From: a virus
Taxonomy: Duplodnaviria > Caudoviricetes
DNA: 64,000 nt
Strand: one strand, 5' to 3'
Virus record (IMG/VR): IMGVR_UViG_3300034053_000029
Span: 64,001-128,000 of that record
Positions 22,840-33,006 of this stretch are shown here, one piece after another. Position 1 is the stretch's first letter, and the number at the start of each line of letters is the position of its first letter. Under the pieces are notes generated by a model. It ran no database searches and was not told the origin of the DNA. It saw only the letters and a program-made list of their open reading frames with translations. A program made the translations under genes and the position numbers.

Positions 22840-24684
22840 CGTTTGAGCGCCAACAGTTTGATCATCCAATTCGAAAAATTTACTCCAATCGATGTCTGGA
22901 GTTTTTGTCATCATTTCGTTATATTGTTCTTCAGTAACTTCTTGGAATGGTGCTTGAACATAACTATGATTTGTATGCGGTAGGAATGACACACCACTAA
23001 CCTCATCAAAATTCTTATACGTCCATGCACCAACCTCAAGCCACTCATGTTCCTTGACGTAGATCGTCACTGAAGGTTTATGCTCACACCAATGTCTCTG
23101 GAACATTAACCAATGATCTAATTGCTGAATTGCGGTTCTATCGTCACGGAAAACCGCATCTTTTGGTGACTTTTCAGGGAAATAAAACACGGTGGTATTA
23201 TCCGGTTTCATTACGTCTGCTTCATGATACACACCTTGCTCGATTAGGAATTTTGTTAATGGGTCTTTGTTGTCCTGACGAATCGTTCTAAAATAAAATG
23301 GAGCATACCTAGAATGAAGACCACCTGTTCCTGCATCAACCAATTGTGTGCTTGATCCCTCTGGTTTTACACAAGTAATAGCGCAACTAGGCTTAATATC
23401 AAGTTTTTCTGCCCACTCTTCATTTACTTTTCTTGCATGGACACGAAGTTCATCAAGCATGTCCTCTGCCTCTTTGCATACTTTATTCAGAATAGGATGA
23501 TCCATGATTCCAGTCATCGAAACTCCAAGAAGTCTTTCTTCTTCAGTATTCTTTTTCCATTCTTCTGATAAGAATTGAAAATCAGTTAACGACGATTGGA
23601 AAGTCCCTAGAATAGTAGCAACACCAATTTTTCTCTTCAGAGTTTCTAGAGTATCTGTTGCTCTCACGGTAATCGTACTCAAATTACAAAATTGCTTATC
23701 ACGAAGAATAATTTCGGAACATGGGTTTGTTCCATAATTCATATCTAATGCTCGTAGCCCATACTTTGCCGCTTGCTTTTGAGCAGCAACTCGACTGAAA
23801 ATCCCACGCTCTCCAGACTTTGATTTAATCAGAGACAACCACTCTTCCATGAATGTTTCAATTTCTGGTTTCTCGGTATATACAGCACTATTATTTGCCA
23901 AAGCACGTTGTGGCTGAGACTCCCACCACGCACCGATCTTGGCATGGCGCATACGATCATCTGATAGATTTGACAGAGAGATTAATGCTGAACGACGTAC
24001 TCCACCAACAACGACAACTTCACCAATCTTACACATTATGTCATGGACTTCGATGGAAGTCAACTTTCTTCCTAGTGATTGATTGAACACATGAATACTA
24101 AAATCGAATAATTCTTTCAATGGCCCAGGGCCACTAGCACGACCACCAAATGTTTTTAATCTAGCACCTGCAGGTCGAAGTTTTGAATAATCAATCTTAG
24201 GAATGTCACCGTCATATAGGGACGAAATCAATTTCTTATACGCTTTTGCCCAACCAATTTTTGAATCATCCACGACAATCATATTATCGGTTTGCTTCAA
24301 TTGATCTGGAACTACTGGAAGTCTAGCAATTTCTTGACGCTCACATGAAAACCCTACACCAGTACCATTCATGAGAATGTATAACGCTTCACTAAAAGAA
24401 CGCTTATTGTTGATAGCAATATACGAACAATTATATGCAGAAATATTATCACGCTCAACCGCTTTACCTGCAGTCATCAATAATCGAAGTGACGGAAGAA
24501 CTTCCAAATTGGATATCTCATTATACACTTCAGAATATGGGAAAACCTCACCAAACTTACTCTTCCAATAATCACAATATCGACTAACAGTTTCTTCCCA
24601 CGTTTCACGCCTCTTTTGATCATCTAGATATCGTGCGTATCTAGATTTATGCATAAACTCTTGTTTCGTTGTCATTGTTACCAT
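22807..24684 (-). CDS. nrdJ: Class II (B12-dependent) ribonucleotide reductase
   Basis: YNCS; GTNPCSE; CNLS; TCVKPEG; HKPSVT; C-terminal Cys pair; no beta subunit in window. Confidence 0.9.
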   Translation of the reverse strand: MVTMTTKQEFMHKSRYARYLDDQKRRETWEETVSRYCDYWKSKFGEVFPYSEVYNEISNLEVLPSLRLLMTAGKAVERDNISAYNCSYIAINNKRSFSEALYILMNGTGVGFSCERQEIARLPVVPDQLKQTDNMIVVDDSKIGWAKAYKKLISSLYDGDIPKIDYSKLRPAGARLKTFGGRASGPGPLKELFDFSIHVFNQSLGRKLTSIEVHDIMCKIGEVVVVGGVRRSALISLSNLSDDRMRHAKIGAWWESQPQRALANNSAVYTEKPEIETFMEEWLSLIKSKSGERGIFSRVAAQKQAAKYGLRALDMNYGTNPCSEIILRDKQFCNLSTITVRATDTLETLKRKIGVATILGTFQSSLTDFQFLSEEWKKNTEEERLLGVSMTGIMDHPILNKVCKEAEDMLDELRVHARKVNEEWAEKLDIKPSCAITCVKPEGSSTQLVDAGTGGLHSRYAPFYFRTIRQDNKDPLTKFLIEQGVYHEADVMKPDNTTVFYFPEKSPKDAVFRDDRTAIQQLDHWLMFQRHWCEHKPSVTIYVKEHEWLEVGAWTYKNFDEVSGVSFLPHTNHSYVQAPFQEVTEEQYNEMMTKTPDIDWSKFFELDDQTVGAQTLSCMAGGCLI

Positions 24685-24693
24685 ACAATCTCC

Positions 24694-25137
24694 TTACTTA
24701 TTTGTTGAACCGAATCCACCCTCACCACGTTCAGTTTTTGATAGTACATTTTTATCATATACTTGATACCAAGAGAATTTTGGTGGTTGATACAACGTAA
24801 TTTGTGCAATTTTATCCAATTTCTTAATGCGATACGGGATATTTCCTGTATTCCAAACGAGTACACCGAGTTGTCCACGATAATCGTGATCAATCTTACC
24901 TACACTGTTTGCAATTCTAATTGGAGTCTTTAACGAAAGACCTGATCTTGGGAACACTAAAATTTCATATCCATCTGGAATTTCAAAATATAATCCTGTT
25001 GGAACAACTTGTGTCTCCCCTGCCGGAATATCAATATCAACACTAGACATCACATCCATGCCTGTAGAACCTAAAGTCTCATACTTTGGTAGTGGCATTT
25101 CTGTCTCATTAAATACTTTAACCTCAACACTTCTCAT
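24694..25137 (-). CDS. dut: Trimeric dUTPase
   Basis: GMDV; PRSG; GKIDHDYRG; RGEGGFGST. Confidence 0.93.
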   Translation of the reverse strand: MRSVEVKVFNETEMPLPKYETLGSTGMDVMSSVDIDIPAGETQVVPTGLYFEIPDGYEILVFPRSGLSLKTPIRIANSVGKIDHDYRGQLGVLVWNTGNIPYRIKKLDKIAQITLYQPPKFSWYQVYDKNVLSKTERGEGGFGSTNK

Positions 25138-25163
25138 AATGTATCCTTTCTCAATTGGTGTCT

Positions 25164-25171
25164 TATTTATA
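25164..25171 (-). promoter_or_regulatory. T4 late promoter
   Basis: Exact TATAAATA upstream of dut. Confidence 0.65.
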
Positions 25172-25730
25172 CAATCTTGTTTTTCAAATCGTAGTAGTAA
25201 TACAAGAAATTTTCATATGCTTCTATGCTAGAAACTGGTCGCTCAAACTCTTGTAATTTTTTAAATGAGACCTTTGGCAAGTCCCATTCTGACCCTCTGC
25301 TATACATGAAATTATACGCCTCAACTGCCCTCTGAATCAAGTCTGCTTCATGGACTTTTTCGGCATCTTCCTTAGATGGAAGAGGAATGGTCAATGCTTC
25401 GTAAATCTTATCCACTAGTCGACTCTCGACCTTTTTAATCTCTTCTCTCAAACTTGGAATGTGTTTGATTGGTGAAGGGATATCTCCTATATATGCCTCT
25501 CCTGCATCATGAAGCAATCCATGCATTTGCATGATAGGTGTATTGACTGAGAACTCTCGCATGACTTGAATAGAATGTTGGGCAACCGAATAAGGAATAC
25601 TTGGTATGGTTGCCCCACAGAATCTAGGCAGTCTGGATAAATGCCATGCGATATCTTCGATATCAATGTCCTTAATATCTGGATCAAGGACATTGATTTT
25701 TCGACCACTTACGGTTTCAAGTGTTGACAT
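25167..25730 (-). CDS. HD-domain 5'-deoxynucleotidase (YfbR-like)
   Basis: DIAWHLS...RF; YSVAQHS; LLHDAGEAYIGD. Confidence 0.85.
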   Translation of the reverse strand: MSTLETVSGRKINVLDPDIKDIDIEDIAWHLSRLPRFCGATIPSIPYSVAQHSIQVMREFSVNTPIMQMHGLLHDAGEAYIGDIPSPIKHIPSLREEIKKVESRLVDKIYEALTIPLPSKEDAEKVHEADLIQRAVEAYNFMYSRGSEWDLPKVSFKKLQEFERPVSSIEAYENFLYYYYDLKNKIV

Positions 25731-26389
25731 TAGTCAGTCAGAACCTCTTCAAGTGATGGGAATTCGGCAAGGATAACCTTCCATGCCTTATCTGCAATGT
25801 CCATGTGTTCTTTTTGAGTTCCATTTGAACGACGTAGATCGCAGTAATGTAGCCATGAACGCAAAGTACCTGCCATATACATTGTACTTTGAGTCATACC
25901 TTCTGGAAGCAATACTCTTGCTTGTTCCTTAGCAATACCCATTTCCAGTGCATTCTTATAATGCGAACCACATATTTGTTGCACATCTTTTTGCATTGCT
26001 TCCCATGCAGCATGCATCTTTGAATCTGGATCAATGGTGATGCTGTTTTGACGATTCTTTTGATCTTGCAAACGTGCTTCTCTTGTTTCAAACTGATCCG
26101 TAACAGCAGCATATCGTTGGCTAAACTCTTGGAATGAAAACGAACGATGACGTAGAATCTGTCGACCAATGTCCCTAGTGGTTTTAATTTCAAGTGTCAG
26201 TGAGACCATTTCAAATGGACTCCAATGACTATGTTTTGCCAAGTACTTCAGTAACTTTGGTGCAGTTGAATTATTGATCTGATTTCCAGGGTTAGATACT
26301 CTTGCTGCATAAGCAATGAATTGCTCTGCAGTATTTACCCCTTCAATACCGACAGGATGTGTGATTGCAACTAACTTAACTTCACTCAT
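25730..26389 (-). CDS. thyX: FAD-dependent thymidylate synthase
   Basis: HWSPFEM; RHRSFSFQEFSQRY; ARVLLP. Confidence 0.95.
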   Translation of the reverse strand: MSEVKLVAITHPVGIEGVNTAEQFIAYAARVSNPGNQINNSTAPKLLKYLAKHSHWSPFEMVSLTLEIKTTRDIGRQILRHRSFSFQEFSQRYAAVTDQFETREARLQDQKNRQNSITIDPDSKMHAAWEAMQKDVQQICGSHYKNALEMGIAKEQARVLLPEGMTQSTMYMAGTLRSWLHYCDLRRSNGTQKEHMDIADKAWKVILAEFPSLEEVLTD

Positions 26390-26606
26390 AACGATCTTCC
26401 GATGCTGACACGAAATTTCCTTCTTTGTTGACTACACCAATTTGTGCTTCATGGTCGAATACAAAACCACAACCCTTCAGAAAATCGAAGAACTTCCACA
26501 TAGGGCCATCATATCCACTCCATGTATCACTCTCGGTCTCAAATTGAACGACAGTTTTAGTTTGATCATCGTCATCAAAACATTCAAACGAATACACCTT
26601 TGCCAT
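26382..26606 (-). CDS. Hypothetical protein
   Basis: FFDFLKGCGF motif; coupled. Confidence 0.7.
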   Translation of the reverse strand: MAKVYSFECFDDDDQTKTVVQFETESDTWSGYDGPMWKFFDFLKGCGFVFDHEAQIGVVNKEGNFVSASEDRYE

Positions 26607-26607
26607 A

Positions 26608-27624
26608 TTAACTCCTTTTCCACTTGTTTAATTTCATAATACCGGATGCTCCTTGATATGTGTTTTCATCAATCATCTTCACCAGAGCATCAGGCATCAT
26701 ACCATGTTGTAACGCCTCGTTCAAGTCCTTATGAAAATAAGTTTCTGGTGGTATGAATACCGACTTGCCAGATCGTAACGCATCACCAATCATCTTCACA
26801 ATTTCTTTATTTCTTCTTTCATTATCCCACACAAACACAACCTTTTTACTAGAATCATCAAAAGTTGTCAATGCACTAGAACCAACTGCAACGCAATTCG
26901 GAATGCATAGGCTATCTATTGGACCTTCGACACAATAAATTTTCTTAATAGTATCGACCCTATCCATACCAAATACTTTGTCGTAATGCTCGTCTAGGAG
27001 TATCGTGTAGTATTTCGGGTCTTCGCCATTAATCGATCTTGCTTGATACCCAAATATTTCTTTATTCTCATTCAACCACGGAATGATTATTCTAGGATGA
27101 TCCCTTGATCCTTCTTTATATTCGAATTTATCTGTATTTGAAGATGCCCATTTAAAAAATGACTCAGCATAATAAAACATCTGATTATGTTTCTCAGGGA
27201 GCTTCCTAGACATGATGTACTGTTTTGCAATATGGTCATCATCCAACTCGATGACCTTTGGTAAATCATCCAAAATAGATTTCTTTTTGGTTGATTGTTT
27301 CGGTATCACTATTTTCTTTGGTTGGACTCTTTCTTGCCTATCCGAACCTTGATATTTTTCCATCACAAATTGCTTAAAAACAAACGGATCAAATTGTTTT
27401 AGGAAATTGTAGAATGATGCGGCATATGAACAATTATGACAATAGAAAAATAGCGAACCTTCCTTCTCAAGAAAGTAACCACGACGTTTTCTTTTATTTG
27501 ATTGAGAGTCACCACATTGAGGACATTTACAAATGCTCATATGTGGTGATACCTTCTTCTCTGTCCATAGAGACAGTCTAGATGATATTTGTTTTAAGTA
27601 TTTGATTTCTAACCAAGCTGACAT
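26608..27624 (-). CDS. 61: DNA primase (gp61)
   Basis: CPQCGD...CHNC zinc domain; EGPID; WDNE; KDLNE. Confidence 0.93.
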   Translation of the reverse strand: MSAWLEIKYLKQISSRLSLWTEKKVSPHMSICKCPQCGDSQSNKRKRRGYFLEKEGSLFFYCHNCSYAASFYNFLKQFDPFVFKQFVMEKYQGSDRQERVQPKKIVIPKQSTKKKSILDDLPKVIELDDDHIAKQYIMSRKLPEKHNQMFYYAESFFKWASSNTDKFEYKEGSRDHPRIIIPWLNENKEIFGYQARSINGEDPKYYTILLDEHYDKVFGMDRVDTIKKIYCVEGPIDSLCIPNCVAVGSSALTTFDDSSKKVVFVWDNERRNKEIVKMIGDALRSGKSVFIPPETYFHKDLNEALQHGMMPDALVKMIDENTYQGASGIMKLNKWKRS

Positions 27625-27648
27625 GATCCCTCACCTTTAAGATGAGTT

Positions 27649-27677
27649 ATTATCACACGAAAGCTGACCTAATTCAA
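27649..27677 (-). promoter_or_regulatory. sigma70-type promoter of primase
   Basis: TTGAAT-N17-GATAAT with extended TG. Confidence 0.6.
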
Positions 27678-27679
27678 GC

Positions 27680-27967
27680 CTACTTAGCGTTTTCGAACAA
27701 CTTTTTGTTAGCTATTGATTTTACTATGTTTTCTAGCTTTTCTGCGTACTCTGCGAGAGAAGAAAAGTCTTTTTGAACCGATCTTGACAGGTCGCCATGA
27801 TTTGTGATATCAGAATTTGTGCCCAAAACAGGTCTTTTGGGAACCTCTATAGAGTATTCCTTATACACAGGTCTATCTGCACATGGGTCTTTTGGCGGGT
27901 CTTGTGTAGTTGCACACCCAACCAAAACCAACGATAATAATATAATTTTATTCACTTTGCATTCCAT
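27680..27967 (-). CDS. o-spanin-like lipoprotein
   Basis: Lipobox LVLVGC; Pro-rich; overlaps upstream gene. Confidence 0.7.
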   Translation of the reverse strand: MECKVNKIILLSLVLVGCATTQDPPKDPCADRPVYKEYSIEVPKRPVLGTNSDITNHGDLSRSVQKDFSSLAEYAEKLENIVKSIANKKLFENAK

Positions 27968-28323
27968 CGTTCTGTAATGTCAATCACAACAGATTTTAGT
28001 TCGACCATCGAATCTGGACACGAAACTGGTACTGGTTTATTATTCCACCAATCTTTTCGCAATTTCTCATATTGGGTAGAAACTGCTTGGTTTTTTCCAT
28101 TGGCAATATCAAGCTCTCGTTGAGTTGTCAAGAACTTCGACTCAGCTTCCTTGAGGGATTCGTTTTGTGATTCTATACGATCCGCAAGTTCTTTGTTTTT
28201 AGATTCCCACAAGATTTTCTGAGATTCAAGAACTTCAATCTTAGAAGACTGAATCTTTATGTATGCACCAATACCGGCAACAATTGCGGCTATGGCAATA
28301 TAGAGGTAGATTTTATTGAACAT
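27952..28323 (-). CDS. i-spanin-like protein
   Basis: N-terminal TM helix plus coiled coil. Confidence 0.7.
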   Translation of the reverse strand: MFNKIYLYIAIAAIVAGIGAYIKIQSSKIEVLESQKILWESKNKELADRIESQNESLKEAESKFLTTQRELDIANGKNQAVSTQYEKLRKDWWNNKPVPVSCPDSMVELKSVVIDITERWNAK

Positions 28324-28901
28324 GATTTATTTAATGCTGCACGAAGTTTTCTGGAACGCTTTTCGTTTGATGCTTTATAATCAGATTGAATTGATGCCGA
28401 CATTGGAGATATTGCATTTGCTACTTGTCCTGCAAAATTTCCGTCCTCAACAATCATAGATATTTCTTCAACAATATATTCTTCGGTGTGATCAAGATAG
28501 TATTCAAAATGCTCTATGAATAATTCATCATTCTTTGCAAGCAAACATTCTCTCATTGCAGAGTATGCAGCACCAACGGCAGGTAGCATTGCTTTATTTG
28601 ATATCGACCAGTTAGTAAAATTTGATGACGGCATATTCTTACCAAGATAATATTGCCCTGCAGAGGATGGTAATACCCAATTAGTACCTCTACCGGAAGT
28701 TTTTAATAGGTCTTTAACTCGTAACACGAGAGTATGAAACATATTAAAAAACTTGGTCTCATTTGAGTTTTGTGGATTTCGTTTTACGTTCCCATTGGAA
28801 TCAATTATACCAATCCTACATGCTTCCCACTGACTAATTGGAGTAACTAGGTAATGAATGAATCGTTGTGCCGTCAGATTATCAATTACAGTTTGATCCA
28901 C
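28290..28901 (-). CDS. T4-like conserved hypothetical protein
   Basis: WEACRIGIIDSNG..K motif. Confidence 0.7.
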   Translation of the reverse strand: MDQTVIDNLTAQRFIHYLVTPISQWEACRIGIIDSNGNVKRNPQNSNETKFFNMFHTLVLRVKDLLKTSGRGTNWVLPSSAGQYYLGKNMPSSNFTNWSISNKAMLPAVGAAYSAMRECLLAKNDELFIEHFEYYLDHTEEYIVEEISMIVEDGNFAGQVANAISPMSASIQSDYKASNEKRSRKLRAALNKSCSIKSTSILP

Positions 28902-29260
28902 TATATTCCCCTAAGAAATTCAACAAAATCCCAATCCAAATCGATTGATGTCATATCAATATTTATATCCATCGGGAGATAATTAAGGAATGTTGCAACT
29001 GTTTTTATATATGTGTAATGATTTTCCGGAAGTTTATGAAGTAAAATCACAGTTCCGGCCTTTGGGTCGAACACGTTATAGAACATCATAAAATTGTTTA
29101 GGAGAAGTTGATAATTAATATCTTCTCCAATCAATTTTCGGTTAATTAATTTCTTGATTCTTAGTGTTAAGTTAAAATCATTCGTAAACTCTTCCGCAGT
29201 TTTGCAAGAAGGGTTGTTATAATGTTTTATCGCATAATTAAAAAGTTCACTGTCAGTCAT
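28901..29260 (-). CDS. T4-like conserved hypothetical protein
   Basis: AIKHYNNPSC...EF...LLLNNFMMFYNVF. Confidence 0.75.
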   Translation of the reverse strand: MTDSELFNYAIKHYNNPSCKTAEEFTNDFNLTLRIKKLINRKLIGEDINYQLLLNNFMMFYNVFDPKAGTVILLHKLPENHYTYIKTVATFLNYLPMDINIDMTSIDLDWDFVEFLRGI

Positions 29261-29263
29261 TCA

Positions 29264-29923
29264 TTAGACTACTATAGACGCAAGATGTAAGCTAAGAACG
29301 ATCCATTTTCCACCAACGTATTTGAATTTTGCACTTGACCCGATAGAGGTAAGTGTAACTTTGTCAAACCCTAACGTAGATGCCGGATCAATATATGCTT
29401 TTGCTCCATTGTTAGAATACCACATGATAATTGTTTTCTCTTGCCCGTTTGTTCCTGCACCTAAAATATACGTTTGATCGGTTGTCACAGAAACCAAAGT
29501 AGTATCATTGTCTGCAGTAATCGTTAATCCACCATCTGCATCATGTTTTAGGTTATATTGTCCAACCATAACTCCAGATTGTGCGGCAACCAATGATACG
29601 GTTGGAGTATCTGGAATTACTGCAACTGGATTTTTTCCAACTTGCATTGAACCATAAACGTGCAATTGTTGTTGTGGATCGTCGGTTCCTATTCCAACTT
29701 TATTTGTCGTAGAGCCAACGGCAGAAAAAATGACAGTACCATTATTTGTAACTTTTAATTTGTTTCCTTGAACATTGAAATCAAAATCTAATGAAGATTT
29801 CATCCCATTGAATAATGTGGCAAGGGATACCTTTTTTGACGATGTTCCCTGAATAACCAAAAATAATTCCGAACCAACCGTGGTTGCTAATGATGGCAAT
29901 TGAGATATTTTTACGCTAGGCAA
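29264..29923 (-). CDS. Virion structural protein, paralogue of the next gene
   Basis: KISQLP N-terminus; GTNGQEK...KWIV domain; TTG start with AAAGGAG SD. Confidence 0.7.
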   Translation of the reverse strand: MPSVKISQLPSLATTVGSELFLVIQGTSSKKVSLATLFNGMKSSLDFDFNVQGNKLKVTNNGTVIFSAVGSTTNKVGIGTDDPQQQLHVYGSMQVGKNPVAVIPDTPTVSLVAAQSGVMVGQYNLKHDADGGLTITADNDTTLVSVTTDQTYILGAGTNGQEKTIIMWYSNNGAKAYIDPASTLGFDKVTLTSIGSSAKFKYVGGKWIVLSLHLASIVV

Positions 29924-30350
29924 TTGTGACTCCTTTGCTACCTTTAACATACCAATATCCAGATACATTCTTTAGGTAAACAGTATTTCCTGTTTGATTG
30001 AATGTGATGGTGGTTACACCAACACCAGAAGTAACGGTAAGCGTACCTGTATATGATGGCGTCATGGACTTAACGACTATTTCTTTTTCTAAGCCATGAG
30101 TTCCTGCCGCAAGTGTTAATGTGATGTTACTTGAAACCGCAGTATCGATTATAGTTGTTTTCGTGGTTAGTGAAATTACACCACTAGCAATAGTTTCCGG
30201 AGTATCCTTAACTACTGGAGAGACAGGAATATTCGAGAACAATACTGAACCCGAAACTTTTCTAGTCTCTCCACCTTGAACCATAATGAAGGTGTCTGCT
30301 GCTGCCACCGTAGTAGCAGCAGTTAACTCAGATATTTTACGATCAGTCAT
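29916..30350 (-). CDS. Virion structural protein
   Basis: KISELT N-terminus; GTHGLEK...YWYV domain; Thr/Val-rich. Confidence 0.7.
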   Translation of the reverse strand: MTDRKISELTAATTVAAADTFIMVQGGETRKVSGSVLFSNIPVSPVVKDTPETIASGVISLTTKTTIIDTAVSSNITLTLAAGTHGLEKEIVVKSMTPSYTGTLTVTSGVGVTTITFNQTGNTVYLKNVSGYWYVKGSKGVTIA

Positions 30351-30353
30351 TTA

Positions 30354-31175
30354 TTAAGCTAGAATAATTCCAGTTACGTCTTGACCAACCCAGTTTGGTG
30401 TCACAGCATTTCCACCAATATCCGTGATCGTAGCGCCGTTAGCATCATGAGTTACAGAAACTATTTGACCTGCAGCAGAAACTGCAGCATTGTTCTGATA
30501 CTCATACACTAAACGATTTGGATTAGACTTTAATGGATCATAAACTGCATATTCAGTAACACCAGAACCGAAGTTGAGAATTGCAATTCTTGGTGTGCCA
30601 GATACCGACAATGACTCATTTGACTCTAGGACAAAACGTAGGATTTCGGCATTAGCGTATGTCTTATCTGCTGGAAGAGTATATGTAATAACTGGTGCTG
30701 TTGTACCATCATTGCTTTGTGATTTTGACAAACCAAAACGCACCGCAGATACGATAGTGTTTGGTGTAGTTGCACGACCACTCAAACGACCGGAAGTAGC
30801 AACTTCAAATCCACGATCAGTTAATGTATATGTGTATGCAGTAACGATTTTCTTCGTACCATCGGCAGCATCAATTCTCTTTAGCTCATTTGTATATGCC
30901 AATGAAGTAGCGGTCATTGCTGCAGCAGCAGACTTGTTAAACACAAGTGCACCAGACCAAGTTGAAGGCGCACCAACGGCTCCCTTTACTTTGATCTTGT
31001 TATTTACAGTATCAACACCGGATACTCTGCCGAAACCACCACCTGCAGAAGTTACCTTCTCACCAACTTGAACATCTGCCAAGTTTGCGGTAGTTCCACC
31101 TACGGTAAGTGTTGCGAATAAATCTGCTGGTGCTTTAAAGTTCGCAGCAGTCGTTGAAAGATTTTGTTGTGACAT
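30354..31175 (-). CDS. Ala/Thr/Gly-rich virion protein
   Basis: CTAAATA late-like box and AAGGAG SD; beta-rich composition. Confidence 0.7.
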   Translation of the reverse strand: MSQQNLSTTAANFKAPADLFATLTVGGTTANLADVQVGEKVTSAGGGFGRVSGVDTVNNKIKVKGAVGAPSTWSGALVFNKSAAAAMTATSLAYTNELKRIDAADGTKKIVTAYTYTLTDRGFEVATSGRLSGRATTPNTIVSAVRFGLSKSQSNDGTTAPVITYTLPADKTYANAEILRFVLESNESLSVSGTPRIAILNFGSGVTEYAVYDPLKSNPNRLVYEYQNNAAVSAAGQIVSVTHDANGATITDIGGNAVTPNWVGQDVTGIILA

Positions 31176-31195
31176 AATTACTCCTTTTGTTTTTA

Positions 31196-31741
31196 TTATT
31201 TAGTGACGGACTTAACGATGCCAAGAACTCTCGATGGTTGTTCAACTTTAGCATTCACATATTGTTCAAGTTGAATCGCTTTTCTATAAGCAGACTTGAC
31301 AGTGGCATCAAATGTGAAATTGGTTCCTTCGGCAATAATTGTATCCTCATCAAGAATGAGATATTTGTGAGTATTGCCTTCTTTAATGATTTCGATTTTC
31401 CAGTTGTCCATTTGAATGTCTTCCTTCTTATATTTTTGATTTCCTCTTAAACTATAATCCAATGCACCATGAATATTTGATGCTTTTGATTTTGCTAGTT
31501 TGTGCGCTTCACTTGTTGTTTTTTGTTGGGCGATTAAATTACGACCAATATTAACTACACTATGAACATCTGGATGTGATTTTTCAGTCACACCTGCTTT
31601 ATGGAGTTCTCCTACAATACCAGAATGCCATGTATCGGCATATTCTTGTGGTGTGATAAGGTTTTTTGGAAGTAAGTGAAATGCCAACTTTGCTAATACG
31701 TTGGCAACACCTTCTTCCAATTGTGAAGATTGATTAGTCAT
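31196..31741 (-). CDS. Hypothetical protein
   Basis: Start re-called at ATG 31741. Confidence 0.7.
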   Translation of the reverse strand: MTNQSSQLEEGVANVLAKLAFHLLPKNLITPQEYADTWHSGIVGELHKAGVTEKSHPDVHSVVNIGRNLIAQQKTTSEAHKLAKSKASNIHGALDYSLRGNQKYKKEDIQMDNWKIEIIKEGNTHKYLILDEDTIIAEGTNFTFDATVKSAYRKAIQLEQYVNAKVEQPSRVLGIVKSVTK

Positions 31742-32711
31742 TTTTATTTTCCTGACTGACGAAACTCTCTTCATATGCCTCTTTCAACTGTCCAAGAGTA
31801 AATGAAGCTATGACATTTTCATGCATACGTTCATGATCCTTCATGGCAATTTTAGCGGCACCTTGTTTACGATATCCAGTTAATTCATTTCCATCTTTAC
31901 CTTTAACGATTACACCAAGATGATCAACAACTGAGAACCCTTTACCTGGGATCATAGTCACGGAGAATCTTTCATGATTGATTGCAGGACCATGTTGTGC
32001 ACTAGCAAGTTCTTCGGTATCATCTTTCGAATGATCGCCAAATGTTACTTGTCTAGCTTGAGCTTTAGCTTGACCAGTTGGTTCTTTTGGAGTTAATCCC
32101 CAAATACTAGGTGCAACAAATTGCTTTGGCTCACTCGTTGCTAATGCCGCACGTTCTCCATAAGAACCTTTGAACACTTTTCCTTTTGGAAACTGTTGTG
32201 GTTTATATTGAGCATCGGTTGGTGCTAGTTTGGATGCCTCATTTAAAAAATTATCTAGATCATCAATTGACTCAAGTATCGTAGTTTCCCCATCAACTGA
32301 TTCCATCGTAACTCTGTGGCCGGCATCAGCAAGTGGTTTAATAATTGATCTAAGACCAGGTTTATTTGCAGGGTGCTTTGCTAAAACATTACCCTTTACG
32401 TCTCGCACAACAACACTCCTGTTTGGTCTAGCAACATCTTGTGCCTTTGCAGCAGCACGAGGGTTTGCGAATTCTACTCTTTGTTCCTCAACCTTTGATT
32501 TTGGTACAGATGGCATTGTGTCGCCTTCTTTGTCATCAGGTAATGGTTTTTTCTTTAAATACTTCTTCTTTGCAGCAGCACCAAAAATTTCAGTAAAGCA
32601 ATGCACCTTGGAATCAAAAGCCTCCAACAAGTCGTTGGACAATTCAGTTTCAATAACTTCTTCCTGAACTTCTACGGCATTCGTATCGTATTTAAATTTA
32701 AAAATCGACAT
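31734..32711 (-). CDS. Hypothetical protein, possible prohead-associated
   Basis: Start re-called at ATG 32711; charged, with several LE/IE sites. Confidence 0.7.
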   Translation of the reverse strand: MSIFKFKYDTNAVEVQEEVIETELSNDLLEAFDSKVHCFTEIFGAAAKKKYLKKKPLPDDKEGDTMPSVPKSKVEEQRVEFANPRAAAKAQDVARPNRSVVVRDVKGNVLAKHPANKPGLRSIIKPLADAGHRVTMESVDGETTILESIDDLDNFLNEASKLAPTDAQYKPQQFPKGKVFKGSYGERAALATSEPKQFVAPSIWGLTPKEPTGQAKAQARQVTFGDHSKDDTEELASAQHGPAINHERFSVTMIPGKGFSVVDHLGVIVKGKDGNELTGYRKQGAAKIAMKDHERMHENVIASFTLGQLKEAYEESFVSQENKND

Positions 32712-32712
32712 A

Positions 32713-33006
32713 TCATTCACCCTTCTTTTTTCTTGTTTTTGGTTTCTTCTTTTGCTCTTCGACTTGTTCTTCAACCTGTTCTTGTTGAACTTCCACAACT
32801 AATGGTTGAGCATCACCAAAAACACTTCCATCTGGCATAACCTCAACGCACAAATCATTTTGAGCAAAGTAGTGGCGACGGACTAATCCAGATGGGTCTT
32901 TAGTGAAGAATGATACCTGAATATCGTTTTCAGTTTCTTCTTTAACGTCCCATCCCAATTTTGCGTAGCTGTCCTTCTTCGACAATGCATATTCTTTAAA
33001 ATTCAT
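32713..33006 (-). CDS. Hypothetical protein
   Basis: 97 aa; MNFKEY N-terminus. Confidence 0.65.
   Translation of the reverse strand: MNFKEYALSKKDSYAKLGWDVKEETENDIQVSFFTKDPSGLVRRHYFAQNDLCVEVMPDGSVFGDAQPLVVEVQQEQVEEQVEEQKKKPKTRKKKGE

Noticed and set aside
24678-24893. Alternate-frame ORF over dUTPase
   Set aside because: Same-strand shadow of dut with no SD
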